Positions 59,367 to 64,000 of a DNA stretch of 64,000 nucleotides are shown in pieces; the first letter of the stretch is position 1, and every line of letters begins with the position of its first letter. Below the pieces are notes generated by a model, which saw only the letters and a program-made list of their open reading frames with translations, did no database searches and had not been told where the DNA came from. Position numbers and translations under genes: made by a program. Origin of the DNA: Calditrichaceae bacterium (lineage in GTDB: Bacteria > Calditrichota > Calditrichia > Calditrichales > JBFXGD01); assembly GCA_050173015.1 (NCBI GenBank), contig JBFXLE010000004.1:1-64000 (forward strand), in the 5' to 3' direction.

Positions 59367-60740
59367 ATGTTTGGAAACCAGGAAATGAAAAAAACAAATT
59401 TAATCCCTCCCGGCTCCTTTACGGCCAAATACAATCTGGTGATTGTTATGTTTATCATCGCGATTTTACTCTCGCTGATATTTTACATGATTCCGCTGGG
59501 TGTGTTTAGTAAGATGAATGAGCCTGTTGTTATATATTTCGCGGACAATATTACTCCGGCGCATGAGAAAATAATCGATCAATTTAACAAAAAATATTCA
59601 GACAGGGTAAAAGTAATCCCAATTGATATCCCTTTTAGTAAATTTTCAACGAATGAACGCAAAGAATTGATCGCCAGAACACTGCGAAACAGTAACAATA
59701 GAATCGATATATTTACCGTAGATCAAATCTGGGTGTCGCGTTTTGCAAAATGGGCAAAACCATTATCACTCTATTTTTCCAGGAAAGAGATTGAGCCCAT
59801 TATACCGGTGGCTCTAAAGACCTGTTATGATGACCGCGTTCTGGTCAGTATTCCTCTGCATATTGATATTGGAGTGATGTATTACCGTAAAGATCTACTG
59901 AAAAATTTCGATAATCCGCCGGAAGCGGAACGAAGTCTGCAAAACTCGATTACCTGGAATAAATTCATTGGCCTTAAACGGCATCTAAAAACTTCCAATC
60001 CCTTTTATGTTTTTCAGGGCGAAAATTATGAAGGGCTTGTGCTGCAATTTATGGAAATCAGCGGTTCGGGTCTTGGTAAATTTATAACCGGGGATTCTAT
60101 AAGACTGCAACAGCCGGAGCTTGTTCAGAGCTGTTCACTGCTCGTCGGACTGGTTAATCAATACAAGCTTTCGCCTCCCGAAGTGACATCATTCAATGAA
60201 AATTTAAGCTATGAGTACGCGTTTAAAAATGATGCCGTTTTTTTTCGCGGCTGGCCCGGTTTATTGCGCGAGGCATCCAATTTCCCGGGAGGCAAAGAAA
60301 AGGCGCTGCTTCTCGGTGTAGCGTCCTTGCCGCGGCTGGATGGAAATAATCCGGTTTCGGCGCTTGGCGGATGGAATATGATGATTTCAGAAAATTCAGG
60401 TAAAGTCGATGAAGCGGTGTTGTTCCTGAAATATATATTATCGGATGAAGCCCAGAAGATTCTTTACGAAACGGCCGGATTTTTGCCTGTTCTCAAAAGC
60501 GTGTACGATGATACCACGATTACAAATGATAATGTTCATCTCTCGTATTTTAGAAAACTGATTGACCGGGGAATTTATCGTCCCGCTCATCCCGAATACA
60601 CCAAATTATCAAATATTTTATCCGGATATCTTTACCGGGCTGTCAATAACGAGTTGAGCCCGGAAGAAGCGTTACGATTAGCCGAAATGGATATTAACGC
60701 TCAAATTTCGTTTGATAAAAATAAAGTTTACAATTTTTAG
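59367..60740 (+). CDS. Membrane-anchored extracellular sugar-binding protein (ABC SBP family 1-like)
   Basis: DIFTVDQIWVSRFA, MYYRKDLL, YEGL, FFRGWP, ALGGWN. Confidence 0.88.
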   Translation: MFGNQEMKKTNLIPPGSFTAKYNLVIVMFIIAILLSLIFYMIPLGVFSKMNEPVVIYFADNITPAHEKIIDQFNKKYSDRVKVIPIDIPFSKFSTNERKELIARTLRNSNNRIDIFTVDQIWVSRFAKWAKPLSLYFSRKEIEPIIPVALKTCYDDRVLVSIPLHIDIGVMYYRKDLLKNFDNPPEAERSLQNSITWNKFIGLKRHLKTSNPFYVFQGENYEGLVLQFMEISGSGLGKFITGDSIRLQQPELVQSCSLLVGLVNQYKLSPPEVTSFNENLSYEYAFKNDAVFFRGWPGLLREASNFPGGKEKALLLGVASLPRLDGNNPVSALGGWNMMISENSGKVDEAVLFLKYILSDEAQKILYETAGFLPVLKSVYDDTTITNDNVHLSYFRKLIDRGIYRPAHPEYTKLSNILSGYLYRAVNNELSPEEALRLAEMDINAQISFDKNKVYNF

Positions 60741-60751
60741 GGATCTGAATA

Positions 60752-62215
60752 ATGAAAATATTTAATAAATTCACCAATTACCATTTTCAGGTAAGGCATT
60801 TGATCATCCTGTTCGCGATTCTCTTATTATTTCAGACCCTGCTATCATATATCAATACGACTTTTGCCAATAATTTGATCACCAAAACAATGGATCTATA
60901 TCGGAGAGATTCCGCGGAAAATTTCGCTGATGTCACGGCAATGTCCCTTGAATTATTATTGGAGCATGAATTAAGCGTAAGTCATTCACGGGAAAGCCGG
61001 AAAGTGACCGTTCGGGAGTTTAATATCATATTATACCAACAAACCCTCAAGGAAAATGTAAGCAATCTGTGTTTGATTCTCAGCAAAGATGACAAAATTT
61101 ACGCGATTGACGACGGTAATACCCTTTATAACTTTTTCTTTGAAAAAGAGTTTACCGCATCCGTGGATAACGAGAAATATCAGAATGACGTAAATTATTA
61201 TGCGGAGCACAAGGAAGAGTTCTTTAAAAACGAAAAGATTGTAAGTTTCCTCGATGATCAGCAACAGTTTAATGTATTTGTACCCTTTGGTCCGTTGGGA
61301 GAATTTACCGGCGCGGTCTTTATGAAAATTTCACCGGATTTCAGTAATATCACAACCGAAATCAGCTCGGTTTCGGGGGAGGCCGGAGCGATTTTCTCGG
61401 CTTTGATTCTTCTGACCTTACTGGCGAATTTTTATATGAGCTCGTATATGCTCAATGAACGAGACACCGCTCAGCAGCTCCTTTTTAATGAGCGCCAGGT
61501 TCAGATCAAACGACAGATTGAACACGAAAAGGAAGCCTTGTTTACAAAACGAATTTATCACGCGCATCATAAAGCCGAGAAAATAATGGGCTTTATCAAA
61601 ATGGATATTCGATCGCTTAACGCGAATAATATTAAAAGTTTACAGGAAAAAATAATTAAATACGCAAATTTTGTTTCCCGGGTAATTTATGATATGAAAT
61701 CCTATGAACCGCCCATAAATGTGATCCGGAATCCCGCCTTTCAGACCAATCTCAATGAGGTGGTGCGATTTATTGTGCGGAATATATTTCTCCGGTCCTA
61801 TCGCCTGGGAGCGGAGCCGAAATTTGATCTCGCGCTGGAAGAAAATTTGCCGAACATTCCTTTCAACGAATATGTGGTTTGGGAAATTATTGAACCATTG
61901 ATCCAGAATGGTATCGAACATAGTTCCCGTGATGATATTACCATCAGAATTGAATCATCTCTGAAGGCCCCCGAAAATCAGATCTTTTTGACCATATCTG
62001 ATAACGGCAAGGGAATTGATCCTGAAATGCTTGTGGATGACGGGAACGGCATAAAACGGATATTTTTAGAAAATACCACATCAAAAATGGGGCAGAATTC
62101 CGGTTACGGATGTTACCTGGCCTATGAAATAAGCCGGAAATGGTGCGGTTGGGCGCTTGACGCAAAGAATTCTGAAACGGGCGGCGCCGTGTTTACAATA
62201 AAAATCACCGTTTGA
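60752..62215 (+). CDS. Membrane sensor histidine kinase
   Basis: Two TM segments; atypical H-box YHAHHKAEK; LIQNGIEH, ISDNGKGI, GYGCYLA boxes. Confidence 0.88.
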   Translation: MKIFNKFTNYHFQVRHLIILFAILLLFQTLLSYINTTFANNLITKTMDLYRRDSAENFADVTAMSLELLLEHELSVSHSRESRKVTVREFNIILYQQTLKENVSNLCLILSKDDKIYAIDDGNTLYNFFFEKEFTASVDNEKYQNDVNYYAEHKEEFFKNEKIVSFLDDQQQFNVFVPFGPLGEFTGAVFMKISPDFSNITTEISSVSGEAGAIFSALILLTLLANFYMSSYMLNERDTAQQLLFNERQVQIKRQIEHEKEALFTKRIYHAHHKAEKIMGFIKMDIRSLNANNIKSLQEKIIKYANFVSRVIYDMKSYEPPINVIRNPAFQTNLNEVVRFIVRNIFLRSYRLGAEPKFDLALEENLPNIPFNEYVVWEIIEPLIQNGIEHSSRDDITIRIESSLKAPENQIFLTISDNGKGIDPEMLVDDGNGIKRIFLENTTSKMGQNSGYGCYLAYEISRKWCGWALDAKNSETGGAVFTIKITV

Positions 62216-62227
62216 CAGGAGACCAAA

Positions 62228-63676
62228 ATGCGCGATGAAATAATAAAGCTGTTAGTAATTGAAGACGAAGAATTTGACGTTGTGCGCGTTAGTAATACAT
62301 TAAAACCATTTGAGCAAAAAATAAATATTGTTGAAGTCGTTTCAAGCGGTAAGGCGGCGATTGAATGTCTGAAAGATAGCGATAAGAATTTTGATGTGGT
62401 CGTAATGGATTATCAAATATCCGGCGCGTTGTATGGTGATGATCTGATCCGCGAACTCAAGAAAATAGATCCCACCATTCAAATACTGGTAATCACAAAA
62501 ATGACGATCAACCAGGCGGATCTTCATTTCGCGAATCAATTAATATCCGGCGGCGCCTTTTGGTTTGGCACAAAATATCCTGGCGATATCGAAAATTATA
62601 TTTACCAGCCTACTGATTTTGTACTCAGCATCATCAACGCTTATGAAAAAAAACAAATGGAACTGGAGCAAATCCAATCACGCAAAAAACTTGACCAAAA
62701 TATTGATCAAATCATGAACAGGATGAAACTCATCGGCAATTCACCGCCGATGATGGAACTGGCAGAAAAAATTCAAAAATATTCGACTCCCAATGCCAAT
62801 GTTCTGATTTTAGGGGAGTCAGGCACGGGAAAGGAATTGGTGGCCCGTAATCTGCATTATTTGAGTCCGAGAAAATATGAAAATTTTATTACGGTTAACT
62901 GCGGCGCGATCCCTAAAGAATTGATTGAGAGTGAATTGTTTGGCTTTGAAAAAGGCTCATTCACCGGAGCGAAGGAAGCGAAATCCGGTTTATTTGAACA
63001 GGCGGATAAGGGCACCATATTTTTGGATGAAATTACAGAATTACCTCCTTCGGCGCAGGTTAAATTATTACGTGTTTTGCAGGAAGGCGAAATTGATAAA
63101 ATCGGCCGTAAACATGTGTATCATGTGGATGTGCGCGTCATCGCGGCGACAAACAAGGATATAGGAGTGCTGCTCGAAGAAAAGGCTTTCCGGGAAGATC
63201 TATACTACCGTCTGAATATATTGAGGATCAAGGTACCGGCGTTGCGTGACCGAATCAGTGATATTCCGGTCCTGATAGAGCATTTTTTACATATGTACAG
63301 TGACGAAATGGGAATCGGTATTCCTAAAATTGACAACGAAGCGATGGAGATATTAACCGGCTTCCCCTGGCCGGGTAATGTGCGTCAACTTAAAAACACC
63401 ATGAATCGTTTGGTTTTATTGAGTACAGACGAAATAACCAAAGAATTGATTCAAAGCAGTATTGAAATGGATGACCGGGCCCGCGGTGATCTGATATCCA
63501 TGTCCGGTTTCAGAATGAGCCAAATTTTACCCCTAAAACAGGTCGAGGTGGAATTCCGCAAACGATACGTGGAATATGTGCGCAATAATTGCGGCACTGA
63601 TGCCGAGGCCGCGGAGAAACTTGGTTTCGCGCCGCCAAATTTTCATCGCATATGTAAAGAACTTGGATTAAAGTAA
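62228..63676 (+). CDS. Sigma54-dependent response regulator (NtrC family)
   Basis: Receiver domain; GESGTGKE, ESELFG, GSFTGA, FLDEI, WPGNVRQL; C-terminal HTH. Confidence 0.95.
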   Translation: MRDEIIKLLVIEDEEFDVVRVSNTLKPFEQKINIVEVVSSGKAAIECLKDSDKNFDVVVMDYQISGALYGDDLIRELKKIDPTIQILVITKMTINQADLHFANQLISGGAFWFGTKYPGDIENYIYQPTDFVLSIINAYEKKQMELEQIQSRKKLDQNIDQIMNRMKLIGNSPPMMELAEKIQKYSTPNANVLILGESGTGKELVARNLHYLSPRKYENFITVNCGAIPKELIESELFGFEKGSFTGAKEAKSGLFEQADKGTIFLDEITELPPSAQVKLLRVLQEGEIDKIGRKHVYHVDVRVIAATNKDIGVLLEEKAFREDLYYRLNILRIKVPALRDRISDIPVLIEHFLHMYSDEMGIGIPKIDNEAMEILTGFPWPGNVRQLKNTMNRLVLLSTDEITKELIQSSIEMDDRARGDLISMSGFRMSQILPLKQVEVEFRKRYVEYVRNNCGTDAEAAEKLGFAPPNFHRICKELGLK

Positions 63677-63898
63677 TCAATTCGCGGAAGACTGATCACG
63701 TTCCTGATAACACTGATCAAGAGAGATTATTATTATTTTTGATAATTATTAGTTATCTTTTTTGATAACTTTTTTATCCTCCGCCATCAATGTTGACCAA
63801 CATATCCTAATTTTTTTTTTTTCTTATCCCTCTTGTAACAAGCTATTACATGAAATCTAAGCAGAGCGTTAAAATCCAAATCGGAATAATCTGAAAAC

Positions 63899-63914
63899 TG
63901 GCACGGAGTTTGAC
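63899..63914 (+). promoter_or_regulatory. Putative sigma54 -24/-12 promoter
   Basis: TGGCAC-GGAGT-TTGA (variant -12 element), downstream of the activator gene; repeated TGATCA/TGATAA motifs at 63691-63770 may be its enhancer. Confidence 0.6.
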
Positions 63915-64000
63915 CTATTGAAGTTGATTAATTCGGATAGAAACGACTTTAAGGTTTCCCGTGATGATTACCCGGAGTGTGTTTGACAACATTGTAATTC

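Noticed and set aside
1-64000. Integron integrase or attI site
   Set aside because: No tyrosine recombinase motifs in any ORF of the window

Overview
AT-rich accessory region from a bacterium of probable FCB-group affinity (Calditrichota/Ignavibacteria/KSB1-like; inferred from a secreted protein with an NYPNPFNP C-terminal domain). The first ~29 kb are an integron-type gene-cassette array with about 18 attC sites and no integrase in the window. The attC sites are intact at 5-15 kb and progressively degenerate afterwards. Cassettes include an Hsp70/GrpE-like/TerB operon, a single cassette carrying GIY-YIG + Mrr-like + HEPN + Zn-ribbon genes, two toxin-antitoxin pairs, ddl and nhaA. An inverted AraC/Abi-protease/TonB-receptor block with IS/MITE remnants interrupts the array. 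At 36-39 kb, behind four palindromic operators and closed by an intact attC, is a compact operon: a secreted SirB1/transglutaminase-TPR protein, a signal peptide fused directly to an Rhs autoprotease core plus an unknown C-terminal domain, and an FGE-domain lipoprotein. This is the best candidate for an undescribed system. The rest holds ppc, an IS200/RAYT-like tnpA inside a REP-hairpin array, two ~21-bp tandem repeat tracts, many small stress/resistance-type genes, and a solute-binding protein/histidine kinase/sigma54 regulator trio. All family assignments come from motif recognition by eye; no searches were run.
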